Positions 27,075 through 40,230 of a stretch of 64,000 bases of DNA are shown piece by piece. The notes beneath the pieces are model-generated. The model saw only the letters and a list, made by a program, of their open reading frames with translations, ran no database searches and was not told the origin of the DNA. Positions within the stretch are counted from its first letter, which is position 1. Every line of letters starts with the position of its first letter. The stretch lies in contig NC_087437.1 of the NCBI RefSeq assembly GCF_036321535.1, forward strand, positions 108,564,001 through 108,628,000, read 5' to 3'. The position numbers and the translations under genes were made by a program. The DNA is from Camelus dromedarius. Taxonomy: Eukaryota.

Positions 27075-28520
27075 TTAATCTTATTTGAAATCTTGACTTT
27101 AAATCATTATGGATCATTCTCATGATCTGATCCTCAATCCTATTTGCTCATCTATTCCCTAAAATAATTTCAAGACTTTGTACCCACTATCTATAACACA
27201 TTTTTAAGTTATCTACATGTTTTTAATCAGAATTTTAAGTGGTTGCTAGATGTGACTTTCAGTGAAATCTGAATATTGAAAGTCTAAAATAAAACTGTTA
27301 CTCTTTTAAATGTTCCCAATGGAATCTAAATTCCAAAAGAATTTGATACTCACCATTGTCCATTTAAAAATATAAATGTTTATCATACTAAGTGAAGTAA
27401 GTCAGACAGGAAAAGACAAATATATGATACTGCTTACATGTGGAATCTTAAAATGTGATACAAATGAATTTATTCACAAAACAGAAACAGACTCACAGAC
27501 ATCGAAAACAAACTAACGGTTACTAAAGGGAAAAGGGAGTGGGGAGGGTAAATTAGGAGTTTGGGATTAACAAACTACTATATATAAAATAGATAACCAA
27601 CAAGGACCTACTGTATAGCACAGGGAACTATACTCAGTATCTTATAATAATCTATAGTGAAGAAGAATCTGAAAAAGAATAGGTAGATATATAATATGTA
27701 TAACTGAATCACTTCACTATACACCTGAAACTAACACAACATTGTAAATCAACAATACTTCAATTTAAAATTTTTAATAAAAAAAAATAAAAATATAAAT
27801 GTACATGTGTATCTTGTTTTATAATGTTCCTTGAAGTCTCATTTCCATTTCATTTCCCCATAGAACTTTCTCCTAATGCAACATTATACTTGTAAGAATT
27901 TTGTTAAATAAGCTTATCATAATTTACTCAAAAAGGATGTAAAGTGATTTTTTTTAAATTTCCTGTGACCATACAGTTCAAATGTTTTTTTAATTTTTCT
28001 TCTGAAGAGTTATCATAACACTTCTCATTTAGTACTCAATTAAGCAAAACATTACAAATATATTTTAAACATTGATAAATAAACATAACAATTCAAATTC
28101 TACCAGAAATTCATTGCAATAAAATAGACAGGACTGATTTGTTTCCCCTAATTATTTCATCTCTTTATGAAGGAATATTATTTTGTTGCTAGAATGAGAC
28201 AGAGGCCAGCGTTAGTGATATTCCTCATTTTAGAAAATATCATTGAAAGAACTTGTACAAAGAAAGATAAGTAGCTGGGGATGGAATAGATTTTCTTACA
28301 GCAATGTCCTTCAATTCTTTGAACTTTTCTGGAGTTACATCTTGAACATGACATAGTAATCTACCATCAAATATTATTTTGAATAATCTTGAGTAAGTCT
28401 CAGGAAAATTACAGAGCAATTTCATTTAAAGGATTAGGAACCATCTGAGTTGTAAAAGGATGTCTTGTCAGTCATCAGAGCACTTTGCTTTCTCAATATC
28501 AGTATTTCACAGGGTCCCTT
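27075..28520 (-). mobile_element. hAT-Charlie family DNA transposon remnant split by L1
   Basis: ORF 28240-28425 KIIFDGRLL..KFKELKDIAVRKSIPSPATYL resembles the Charlie transposase C-terminus (eLs.iA.k.lPFPtTYLCE); subfamily uncertain. Confidence 0.65.
27380..27788 (+). mobile_element. 5'-truncated L1 3' end
   Basis: atactaagtgaagtaagtcagaca..caaggacctactgtatagcacagggaacta; TSD aaaaatataaatgt at 27366 and 27789. Confidence 0.9.
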
Positions 28521-28759
28521 GGTTTGGCCTTCAGGAGTTATCCCACCATAGCAAGAATAGGGGCAAATAAGGAGGGGAATGGGGAAAGGGCAAGTGTGGA
28601 AAGTTGGCTTTATTCCTTTGATAACTATGTAAGTTTAAAAAGCTAAAGCTCTAAACGTTCTTAGAAAACAATGAACAGTACATATATGTAAATTTTTTTA
28701 AATGTATGTAGTATATTGTGTATATGTATTTACATGCAATATATTGTACATGGGCAGTC

Positions 28760-29110
28760 AAACTGTAACAATTCTACCTAATAAAACTGAAAAAAAAGAA
28801 CATGAAAGACAAGGAAAGATTAAGGAACTGCTTCAGATTAAAGACATGGCCGCTAAATGCAATGTGGGATCTTAGATTGGGATCCTGGACCAGAAAAAGC
28901 ACACCATTGGGACAACTGGTGATATTTGAATACAGTCTGTAGATTAGCTAATAATGTTGCTTCAAGTGAATTTCTTGGTTTTGATCATTGTACTGTGGCT
29001 ATAAAGTACTAACATTTGGGGAAGCTGGGCGAAAGGTGTACAGGAATTCTTTGAATTATTTTTGCAACTGTTTGAAGAGTCAAATTATTTCAAAATTGAA
29101 AGCTGAATAA
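28760..29110 (+). mobile_element. Old L1 (L1MC4/ME-like) 3' end
   Basis: agattaaggaactg..ctaaatgcaatgtgggatc..atcctggaccagaaaaag..acatttggggaagctggg. Confidence 0.8.
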
Positions 29111-30492
29111 AGGAAAACTTATGAAAATATTTCCTTAACATTATTATGGAATATTTCAAGCAGAAAAATATAGAAAATAAAAATTTTAAAGAGAAAAAAA
29201 AAAAAGAAATCCTGCAGATGGTAAGTGTGTCTACAGACAGATCAGTCTGACAAAGGGATGTAGGGAATTAGATCTGGAAGCTGATTGTGTTGACACTGCC
29301 ATGTCCCTGTGTCCTACCTTGGGAGGTCTTGAACCCCCCAGGGCACACACACACCAGGTCACTGGCTTGAGAATAGACTTTCTGATGCCCACGTCCTTCT
29401 GAACCTTGTCTTATGAAATTCAAAATCCAAGCTTTTGAAATGCCAAAATTGAGAACTTACTCTTTGGTTTGGCTGTTTCATTCATCCTCTGGATGAATTA
29501 ATAAGACCTTAATGCCTGGCAGCTGCCTCAAAAAGAGGGAAGAGACAGGGGGCGAATGATTATGAAAAAAACAAAATGCATTAGTTAAGATTTCAAAGTT
29601 GCACCTTGCCACAAATAAAAAGACCATGCTCAAAATTACAAGTGAAAAGGGTGCATCCTGGGTGCTATAGGAGTCACCAAGACCAAATAATTTGATTTCG
29701 GCCTTCAGTTGGCAGATTTAAGATTAGTAGAGAAGAAAGAAGAGCATCTCCTAGGCAGAGGGCAATAAGACGGAAAATCTCTAAAGATGTTCAGGGAAAG
29801 GTGAAAAGAACAGTTTGCTGTGCTCATATAACAGACAAGGGGGAGGCAACGCAGGAAAAGACAGAGGGGGTGGCGAGGGATCAGCGGAGATTTCTGGGTC
29901 AGGGGTTCGCATGAAGTGGCTGTCTTTATTGACCTGTAACGTTCATCACGGCAGATGAAATTTGGACCAGTCATCAGGATTTTATTCCACTTGCCATATG
30001 TCAGGAAATTAAATAAAATCCACAGGTAAATAAATTCAAAAAAACAGCCTGGCAGGACTTACCTTTGTGTAAACATCCCAGTGATTGGTTTACATTTGTG
30101 TGGATGTTATATGTAACGTGTTTGCATACATATAACAATCTGAAACAGTCTGCAGCTATGTAATTATAGCAATACGTGTGTAGTTTCAGGCAGTTCAGAC
30201 CAGTTGGGTCCTAAACTAATGATTTCTTTCCTGAATGGTGTATTTATTGAATTCAGGGTGATTCCTTCTATAGTAGGGCAAAAGATCTCAGTTAGTGTTG
30301 AATTACCAAAGTTTTACCCAGGAATTCAAAAAGAACAGCAATAAAATTTGCATCTTTTCTAAACAACTAGCAATAATAATGATAAAAACTGTAGTCTTTC
30401 ATCCCATCCTGGCCTTGATACCAATACATGGAGACAGTCTGGGACCCTCTTCTATCACAGCACAGAAGTAGGTGTTCTTCTGCAAATCCCTA

Positions 30493-30964
30493 CAGTGAAG
30501 AGAATATTGACCCCCCCCCCCTTGCACCAAAAGATATCCACATACTTATCTCCAGAACCTGTGGATATGTTACCTTACAGGGCAAAAGAGACTTCGCAGA
30601 TGCGATCAAGTCAAGGACCTTGCTATGGGGAAACTTTCATGGATTACCTGAGTGAGCCCAACGTAATCACAAGGGTCCTGAAAAGTGAAAGAAGGAGGCA
30701 TGAAGGTCAGAGTCAAAGGAGAAGTGATGATGGAAGCAGGTGCAGTAATGTGGGTCCGTGATCCAGGAAATGCAGGCAGCATCTGGAAACTGGGAAATGC
30801 AAGAAAACAGATTCCCCCTAGATCCTTTGGAGGGAACCAGCCCTGCTGACACCTTCATTTTAGTGAGACCCATTGACCTCCAGAACTGTAAGATAAAAAA
30901 TGTCCATCATTTTAAACACTAAGTTTGTGGTTATTTGTTAAGAGTAGCAATAGGAAATTATACA
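30493..30964 (+). mobile_element. MaLR LTR (MLT1D-like)
   Basis: ccagaacctgtggatatgttaccttacagggcaaaagagacttcgcagatg..gacctccagaactgtaagata..agcaataggaaattataca. Confidence 0.88.
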
Positions 30965-31069
30965 GTGCCCTAGTGAAATGACAGCTATCTTTACAAAGTA
31001 ACTATGTAGGCATAACATGTATTAACTATACATTAAAATGATATAATGTCTTCTAAAGTAAAATCCTTT

Positions 31070-31323
31070 TGGGGAACCCTTGTACACTCCTGGTGGGAAT
31101 GGAAATTGGTGCAGCCACTGTGGAAAACAGTATGAAGGTTTCTCAAAAAAAAAAAAATAGAACTACCAGATGGCCCAGCAGCTCCACTCCTGGATATCTA
31201 TCTGAAAAAAAAATTAACTCGAAAAGATACACGCACCCCAATGTTCATAGCAGCATTATTTATAATTGCCGAGCTATGGAAGTGTCCTAAGCATCCATCA
31301 ACAGATAAACGGATAAAGATGTG

Positions 31324-31392
<69 letters not shown>

Positions 31393-31770
31393 TGCCATAA
31401 AAAAGGATGAAATAATGACATTTACAGTAACATGGTTGGACTTGGGGGGCATTATGCTAAGCCTGACAAAGACAAATACTGTATGATCTCACTTACGTGT
31501 GGAATCTAAAAAATACAACAAACTAGTGAATATAAGAAAAAGAAGCAGACTCACAGATATAGAGAACATGCTAGTGGTTACCAGTGGTGGAGGAGGGGCA
31601 ATATAGAGGTGGAGGAGTGGGAGGTACAAACTACTGGGTGTAAGACAGGCTACAGGGCTGTATTGTACAACATGGGGAATACAGCCAATATTTTGTAATA
31701 ACTGTAAATGGAAAGTAACCTTCAGAATTGTATAAAAGTATTTTAATTCAAATAAGTAAAATAAAATAAA
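31070..31770 (+). mobile_element. 5'-truncated L1 containing (GATA)n
   Basis: ggaacccttgtacactcctggtgggaat..gcagccactgtggaaaacagtatg..; 3' UTR and A-rich tail. Confidence 0.9.
31325..31392 (+). repeat. (GATA)17 microsatellite
   Basis: Perfect tandem array read directly. Confidence 0.97.
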
Positions 31771-33014
31771 ATTATTTTAAAATAATTATACCTATGTCTT
31801 TCGATTACCCAAGGTAATCTAATGCAGTTATGAGAACTAGTAGATCACAAGGGTGGGCACAAAGGAAATTGAGAGAGGTGGGAGGCAGAAACTGGGAGTT
31901 ATTACAAATCACAGGGCCTCCCTAAAGGGCGGAAAATTTCTCAATTCCACCTCTCTTTCTTACTCAGGCAGTCCTGTTTGCCCAGAATATTGTCTGTGGG
32001 CAAATACTTGTTTTTTCCTAAATTCATGATGTAGAGAGCAGAATGAGAGGCCAGAGATCAGTAAGGGTAGAAAAGCATTAGATTAAGAAACATGGATCTG
32101 ATCCACATGTCACGGGAATGAATTCTGGGGAGCCTAATGATTTTTGAAAACTATCTGCTTATGCCAGGCTCCAGGGTAAATCCACAAGGAGGAATTGATC
32201 GCTTGTATTTTATAAAATCCAAATGTTGTTTTTCTGTTTTAAAATACTTAAAGAAAAAACCAGAATCTGAAATAGGACACAAGGGAAGAAAATCGAGACA
32301 GCACATTTTAACCTTCTCAAGCTGCCAGGTTATGAATCTCTCCCTCTTTCCTTCCAGTGGGGGTCCTGCAGGGCCCACCCCCGATCCTCCAGGGAGCTGG
32401 GACTCAGTGAGAGGCTGTTCATACCATGTCCATTCCTAGACCATGTTCTAAAAAATGCCCAGGAGTAGCCAAAGTTTTGGAATTAAGTGCACGCTCATTT
32501 AAATTCACTGAACCGAAAAAGAACAAGTGAGAAAAAGCAAAGGAAACCAAGTGCCAAATGTTTGTTGCCATGTTAACACTTTCTGCAAGGTCTTTATTTG
32601 ATAACAGTTTCAGTTTCTCTCTCTGCTTCTCCCCAAGGTCACATGAGCCAACGATCAGGTGGGGGAAAGCCTCTTTTTCTCCTGAAGGGACTTCAAAGTT
32701 TAGCAGATGCTTACGCCCCCAGATCCCTCCTACACTGGCTTCATGAGAACTTGAGATTTCTACTCTGAAGATTTAGGCTTTGCGTGCAGAGGTTTTGATG
32801 GGAGCAAATGACAAGGACAAGATAGCGGCCTTGGAAAAGTTTGTGAATTGGGTTTGGAAGTGAAGGGACTGCAGGGTGCATAAGCTCCTGTCAAGTTCAG
32901 TAGCAGCTCCTAGAAAGAGTGTGTGCATTTTTATTGATAGCACTGGGGGTGCACTGTGTCAGACAAAGCTGAGTCCCTCCTACTTCATTTGCAGCAAATC
33001 CTCCAACAATTTTT

Positions 33015-33878
33015 TTTAACTTTTTTTAATTGAAGTATATAGTTGATTTACAATGTTGTATTCATTTCTGGTGCACAGCATAGTGATCCAGTTCTCTCTC
33101 TATATATATAGTCTTTTTTATATTCTTTTTCATTACAGGTTACTACAAGCCGTTGAATATAGTCCCCTGTGCTGTAGAGTAGGACCTTGTTGTTTATCTG
33201 TTCAGTACATAGTAGTTTGTATCTGCCAATCCCAAACTCCCAATTTATCCCTCACTTACCCCTGGTAACTGTAAGTTTGTTTCTGTCTGTGAGTCTCTTT
33301 CTGTTTTGTAAATAAGTACATTTATGTCTTCTTTTTTTTTTTGGCTTACACATAAAAGTGATATCATATATTTGTCTTTCTCTGACTGACTTAGTTCACT
33401 TAATATAATAATAATTAGGTCCATTCATGTTGCTGCAAATCCCATTATTTCGTCCCTTTTTATGGCTGAGTAGTATTCCATTGTATATATACACCACCTC
33501 TTCTTTATCCAGTCATCTGTCGATGGACATTTAGGTTGCTTCCCTGTCTTGTCTGTTATAAATAGTGCTGCAGTGAACTTTGGGGTGCACGTATCTTCTT
33601 GAATTGGAGCTTTCTCTAGATATATGCCCAAAGTGGGATTGCTGGATTATATGGTAGCTCTATTTTTAGTTTTTAAAGAAACATCAGTACTATTCTTCAT
33701 AGTGGCTGCACCAATTTACATTCCCACCAACACTGTAGGAGAATTCCTTTTTCTCCACACCCTCTCCAACTTTCATTATTTGTAGACTTTTTGATGATGG
33801 CCATTCTGACTGGTGTGAAGTGATACCTCACTGTAGTTTTGACTTGTATTTCTCTAATAGTGATGTTGAACATCTTTT
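33015..33878 (-). mobile_element. 5'-truncated L1
   Basis: ORF 33425-33631 [40 protein letters not shown] = L1 ORF2 C-terminus; degenerate TSD aaatcctc(caa/tgg)caattttt. Confidence 0.9.
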
Positions 33879-34152
33879 AAATCCTCTGGCAATTTTTGAA
33901 GGCAAGTGCCATCTATGGAGAGCCCTTGTGTTGAGGTTTTTAGTGGAGGGTTAATAGGTGATAATAACACACCTCTCCCTTGTCTAAATTTCTAATTAAT
34001 AAACAACTAGGAAAAAAGACAAAAAGAAAATGAGGTGGGGGAGCAAACTATCATCTTTATGACTAATACAGGCTAACCTGGAGAATATACTTACATCCAA
34101 GGGACAGAGGGCTTCCTAAAGTGAACACAAGAATTAGTCAGACCTGCCCAGC

Positions 34153-34725
34153 TGTATTAGTTATCTATTGCTGTGTAACAAATAACCCTGAAACTGACCA
34201 GCTTTAAATAGCAAATATTTATTATCTCACAGTTTATGTGGATCAGGAATCTGGGTGCAGTGCAGCGGGATCGTCTGACTCAGGGTGTCTCACGAGGAGC
34301 CTACAAACAAGGTGTCAGCAAGGTCTACAGTCATCTAAAGACTCAACTAGAAGACTGGCTTCCAAGTTCATTGGCTGCTGGTGGGAATTAATTTTTTCAC
34401 AGGCTGTTGGACTGAAGGTCTCTGTTCCTTGCTGGCTATTGGCCAGAGACAATAGTTCCTCGGCCTGTGGTCCTCTCCACAGGGCTACTGATCACAAAAG
34501 CACCTTGCTTCCCTCCAGAGCAAGGGCTCCCCCAGAGAGAGAAAGAGAGGGCCAGCAAGAGACAAGTCACAATCGTTTGTAACCTCAGACGTGATATCCC
34601 ATCACTTTTGCCATGTTTTGTTTATTAGAGGCACGTCACTAGGTTCAGCCCTCACTCAAGGGGGAGAGATTACAAAAGGCTGTGAATAACGTGAGACAGA
34701 GGTCACGGGGAACCTTCTCAGAAGC
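34153..34725 (-). mobile_element. MaLR LTR (MLT1F-like)
   Basis: tgtattagttatctattgctgtgtaacaaataacc..tattatctcacagttt..atcccatcacttttgcca..gtcactaggttcagccc. Confidence 0.85.
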
Positions 34726-35039
34726 AGCCCACCTCGACAGCCAAGGCAGACAGCCCTGAGGGAGAGCAGTAGGACTCTCTCCACCACCTCAGCAGGAAAA
34801 AAACTTCTGCTCCCTGTAAGCATCCTGCCCCCAGAAGAACTGAGAGAGGATGGCGTGCACCACACCTCCTCTTTCACACCCACCAGTTGGGTCGGCACAT
34901 TCTGAATGACTGATGGAATAGTGGAGACAGGCTGTCAGCCTTGGGCTGATAGTGGAGACAGGAAGGAGGGGTCCTTCCAAATGGAAAGAAACTTCAGGAG
35001 TAAGGAATAAGCAGCTCCCAGCACTCACAGTCCTCTGTT

Positions 35040-35180
35040 TATATTATGATGTCCACCTTACAGATAAAGAAATTGAATCTTAGAGAGACTGAGTAACCCA
35101 AGGTCACACAAACACTGCATGTTGGAGCCTGAGTTTATAAACACCCAATCCTTGAAAAAGTGTCCCACTCTGTGTTATAG
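35040..35180 (-). mobile_element. MIR SINE
   Basis: cttacagataaagaaattgaatcttagagag..cccaaggtcacaca. Confidence 0.7.
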
Positions 35181-36844
35181 TCACACATCCCCATGTTCAG
35201 AAGCCACTATTTGATGAAGATATTTATGCTTGCCAGTGAAAATATCTCATTTCAGGAATGAAACTCAGTTGTTCTTTCCATGTCCTGAAATGTCCCCTAA
35301 AGCTGAAGTTTTATGACAGTGATGAAACAATGGCTCTGCCAGAAAATAAAATACACACCTGGCTTAGAAGCAAGCAGTCGCTGGAGTCAACAGCTGGCTG
35401 CCTGGGAACGCTGCAAAACCCCTCAGGACCGCACGACTGGTGCTTCCAGCAGAGAGACTTGCCAATAGCTTGTGGCCCAGACAAAGAGGGTGACGTCCAA
35501 AGGTTTGTCCAGAGTGCATGGGTAGGATGTGTCACTCCTGATAACATAGCAGGTCGCAAGAGCACCGCTTTGAACTTGAAACAAGATATTGCTTTCATCG
35601 ACTCCCAGTCTCTCCTGCCCTTTTGTTCTTTGGTAGAGGGTATACATCAAAGATGGCGACACTTTGCTTCCTGCTGCCTTTGAAGTACCGGGTCTGCACA
35701 ACAGCTATTTCTAGACTTACATGCTGCACAGAAATGCAATCCATGAAGACCTTTGTCTCCAAGATTTCGCATCCATCAGAAAAAGGAAATGGACAAAAAA
35801 ATGTTTAACCAAAGTATGATCATATGTGTATGCCCATATCTAGTCTCATTGATTCAATGGGTATCTGAGTGCCTGTTGTGTGCCAGGCACTGTGAGGTGG
35901 GCTGAGGGTCAGAGATAAATAAAGCAAGTATTTGTGTGCCAGCAACACAGGGTCCAGGGTGGTGCAGGGGGAACAGGTGGACTCCCCAAAATGATGCAAT
36001 GAGTGCTGTTCAAAAGGGGTGTCCCAGATCACATGGGGCCTCCAAGGAGGGGCCGTACCTGTGACGGGGATTCACGGATGCAGAAGACTGACACGTGGGC
36101 ATACCTATGCATGTCTCTGTGACCAGTTTACTAAGCTGATCTTCCCTTGCCCAGAACAAAAGGAGGCTGTAGGCATGAGGGGTGGGGTGTGGAAAGGGAC
36201 TCAACAGGAGTCCACAGGTCGATAAAAGGGCTTGTGTGAATAATGTTTCCTGGAGAGATCAGTAGAATCAGTGACTCCATTTGTACAAGAAGAGCCTAGA
36301 CTAGAAAAGATAAGTTGGCTGAGTCCTAATCGTGATTCCTCTCTTACAAATGTCCCACAGAAGTCTGTCTCTCCCTCAAGATCAAATGTTTCTTCGTGGC
36401 AATACTCGGATTCTTCTAGAATAGGTTCTGTGCGAGATGGAAGACTTCCTGGGGGTCAGTTTGCCTCCTGCTCATCACCTCCACTTTGATCAACACAAAT
36501 GGCGTGAGTGGGGAACGATAGTCTTTATCCAGATCACAGTCTTCCTTTACCTGGCTGTCGCAGAACTCTTCTTAGGCAACGTTGACTCTGTTTCTCATCT
36601 AAGCATCCACAACAGACTCCATCTGAATATCCTACCAAACACGTGTAGCACCCAGTGGTTAGCTCTCCCTGGGGCATCTGCAGGCCCCCGTACCAGCGAC
36701 ACCAATGACGCACTCACAGTCCCTCTGCTCTTGAATCTGAATACTTAGGTCCCCCATACTCACCTTGCACTTTGTTCTCTCTCTCTGAGTCACTGACACT
36801 TTGAATTACATTCCCTGTACACCGTACAGAACGCCATTTACGGG

Positions 36845-37350
36845 AGATGTTAGGAAGTCCAAGACCACGGTGCAGGCAGGTCAGGCATCTCCTGGTTCAC
36901 AGAGGCCACCCTTTCACTGTAACGCCATATGGCAGAAGGGCTGAGGGATCTCTCTGGGGTCTCTTTTATAAGAGCACTGATCCCATTCATGAGGGTTCCT
37001 TCCTTGTGCCCTAATCTCTTCTGAAATCACCCCCTCCTAATGCCATCACATTGGGGTTTAGGACTTGATGTGTGAATCTGGGGGTACACAAATGTTCAGA
37101 CCACAGCACACAGGAGTCTGTGGGCCAACAGCCTAGACTAGGACAAGTTGGGTGTTTCTACTCTGGGCTGAGTACCCTCAGACATCTGGGGTCCCCAGAG
37201 GGTTGAGTGCATGGCTCTGCTTCTGGAAGTTTGGCTGGCTGTCAGCAGGGACACCTCTGCTCTGCTCCAGGTGGCCTCTCATTCTCCAGCAGGCTAGTCT
37301 GGGCCAGGTCTCATGACAGTGGTGAGTTTCCAGGAGAAAACAGAAGTGCA
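36845..37350 (-). mobile_element. MaLR LTR fragments (MLT1A/MST-like, then MLT1F/H-like)
   Basis: ctctctggggtctcttttataagagcactgatcccattcatgaggg..catcacattgggg; tggcctctcattctccagcaggctag. Confidence 0.75.
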
Positions 37351-37366
37351 CAGGTCTTTTTGAGAC

Positions 37367-38002
37367 TGTCTTTAGTTTTCCATTGCTACGTAACAATCAC
37401 GATGAACTCAGCACCTTGCCACGACAATCATTCATTAGCTCATGTTTCTGTAAATCAGAAGTTCAGCACAACATGACTGGTTTCTCTGCTCTGGGGCATC
37501 AGAAGGCTGAAGATGAGACAGGCTGAGTTCTTGTCTGGAGACTCCAGGGGAAAAAAAGCCTCCTTCCAGTTTTATTCTTGGTGTTGGCAGAATTCAGTTC
37601 CTTGCAGTTGTAGGACTGAGGTCTCTGGTTCCTTGCCCACCATCGGCCAGAGTCCACTCTCAGCAAGTAGAGGGTACCCACACTCCTTACCACAAGGCTC
37701 TCTCCAGCCAGCAAGGGCACTTCGAAACCTTCCCATGCTTCAGACTTCTGACTTCCTCTGTCTCTGACCTCTAGACCCAGATTTAAAAAGGCTACTGTGA
37801 TTAGATTGAGGCCCCCTGGATAATCTCACTTTTAAGGTCAATTGATTTGGAAAGTTAATTGCATCTGCAAAATCCCTTCTGCTCTGACATAATTATGAGA
37901 GTGACAGCGCATCATGTTCACAGGTGCCGAATGCAGTCAAGGCAAGGAGATCACAGAAGGGTGAGGGTCGCTGCATGTCATCTCGGACCTCTGCCCACAA
38001 CA
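37367..38002 (-). mobile_element. MaLR LTR (MLT1E-like)
   Basis: tgtctttagttttccattgctacgtaaca..gttggcagaattcagttccttgcagttgtaggactgaggtc..gcatctgcaaaatcccttc..ctgcccacaaca. Confidence 0.85.
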
Positions 38003-40014
38003 GAGGCCTCGGCTCCACTGGCTTATCAGCACATCTGCCACATTAAAAAAAAAAAAAAAAAAAACTGTAAAAAGTATATTTTAAAATTTAAAAATAAATA
38101 ATTTTTTTAAAAAAATAAGCAAAGACCAAAGCAGGTCAGCTTAAATGCAGACAGTGGGGAAAGTGATACTACCTTTTATGGAAGAAGCTGCAAAGTCACA
38201 TGGCAAGGAGGCACAGACACGAAGGGTGGAAGGCTGAGACCAGAACGTCCCTTGCAACGTGTCACAGACAGCGTGCATGAGACGTGCTTGCAGAGTCTGG
38301 CAGCAACACCTCTGGGCGTTCTTGCTGCTACGAGGTGGCCTGGAGAGCATGCCCACTTCAAATTCTGAGGATGAGGGGATGAACAGGCAGGCAGTAAGCG
38401 TCAGGCCCACACTGTCCCTAGAACAAGATCAGCCACTGTGTTTCCTGGCCGCTCCACTCCACAAAGCCCCATGTATCTTTGCCTCCTGCTCTCTCATCAG
38501 TGCAATAAAACACCAGGATGCTTTCACACCTCACTTCAGGGGGCTCCAAGTGGGGGGAACTTGCTGTTCCCAAACCGGAAACCTGAGTATGCTAATATCC
38601 TTTCTAGAAACTCTGCTGACTGTGTTTGTTCCTAAAGAAAAGGATGAGCGAGGCAGGTGCAAAGGAAATAAAAGCCACAAACAGTCCAGATGGGAAAGTC
38701 AAAACTGGCAGACAGGTTTCCTTTCATGTACTGATATTTCAAGACTCATGGAGTTTTAAATCTTACCTTTATAATAACTCCTCAGAATTCTCATCTCCCT
38801 TCCACATGTAAAACTGAGGAGCTGGGGAGGCTCAAGAGAGGCGACCCATAAACTCAGAAGTAGAAAGAGGCAAGAGGCCCAACTAATACACAGAAATTTC
38901 AGGAGGGGGAAGATTTTCTGTCCTCAGTGGAATTTTATCTATTTATTATTAAATGTTTTTGAGGCTTTGGGGTCAAGGCCAGAGAAAAGATTTCAAATAT
39001 CAGCCTCTTTTTTTTTTTAATTTTTTTAGAAGTGTTGAAATCATGGCCTACTTGTATTTAAGTGGTTTTTCAGAGCTTAATTAGTTCAGAGAATGTTAAG
39101 AAAAAAAGAGGAAAAAAAAAGATGAGCTGCGGTGTGATTCCGGGGCCAGCTCAGAAACACGCACCAACTTTAGAATAAAAGCTCGTAGGGAACACATGTT
39201 TCTTCTAAGGACCCTCAACAGCTGTTGAGAATTGCGTCATTCTCTACATACATCACTTGACTGCTCTCACAACTCAGCTAAATGGCTAAATTTACCAAAC
39301 TCTGCATAATTTCTCAAGCCAGGTCTGCCAAAACTCTCAGAAGTTTCCATTGCTGATTGGAGTCTAGGCAGTCGTGTACACCCAGCATCCAAGAAGAGTT
39401 AAGAGGGAAACTCAAAAATAAGGAATCACTTTCATGGAGAAACACAGTCAAAAGCAGGCTGGAGAGAGACACAGAAAAGTGAATTGCACTGTGTTCTTAC
39501 TTATTTGGAGATACATGATTGGAGGGTCTGCAGATTGTTTTTTAGCTTCCCCAGATCCTTGTTGCAGGTGGAGAGCTCAGAATAGCAATGATTTGCCCAC
39601 AAATTTGAGCCCTTTTTTATGCATTAATCCACGTTGTCACCTTCAATTTAGTATGTGTTCAACTTTCATTCTCAAAAAACTATTAGCTTAGCTGGTGGTC
39701 TGTATTATTTCCACATTTAAGCAATAAAGCAGTGTTTTTTTTTAAAAAACCTGACTTTTTTTTTTTTGTTGTTAGGTTTGTTGCCAGATCGCCCAAAAAG
39801 ACAGCTGAAGTCTATTAAGTATGTTGATCGCTATTATTGGGAAAAGGTGTTGGCAACCTTTCAGGGGGCTCAATGTTGCTGATGTATTTTTCTGACAATG
39901 GAGGGATGACATAAAATAGGAAAGGAATGGGTCATAGCTCTGGACCTAGGCAGGGACCCCCCTCTCACTGTCATCCGTCTTCACATTGGTCAGGAAGATG
40001 AGCCCTGACGTACG

Positions 40015-40230
40015 TCATATATGAAAGCTGTTAAGAAAATAAATCCTAAGAGCTCTCATCACAAGGGAAAAATATTTTTTGAATTTATTTGATTTTGTAT
40101 GAGTTGATGGCTGGTCACTAAACTTATTGCTTTGATCATTTTGTGATGTATGTAAGTCAAATCATTATGCTGCCCACCTCAAATTTATACAGTGTTTGTA
40201 TGTCAGTAAGGGCTTGATAAAACCGAAGGA
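40015..40230 (+). mobile_element. L1MA9-like 3' UTR fragment
   Basis: gttaagaaaataaatcctaagagctctcatcacaaggg..tatgtaagtcaaatcattatgctg. Confidence 0.8.

Noticed and set aside
35258..35683. 141-aa ORF (and similar 100-166 aa ORFs at 19627, 23274, 38259 and 46764)
   Set aside because: No recognisable domain, several overlap repeats, no supporting splice structure; lengths expected by chance in GC-richer DNA
36545..36605. 48-nt minus-strand AG...GTAAAG exon candidate with one open frame
   Set aside because: No polypyrimidine tract and an unrecognisable peptide
38045..38118. Long A run with an AT-rich tail
   Set aside because: No TSD or element body identifiable
40006..40017. Palindrome TGACGTACGTCA
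   Set aside because: 12-bp palindromes are expected many times per window; it sits at an L1 fragment edge
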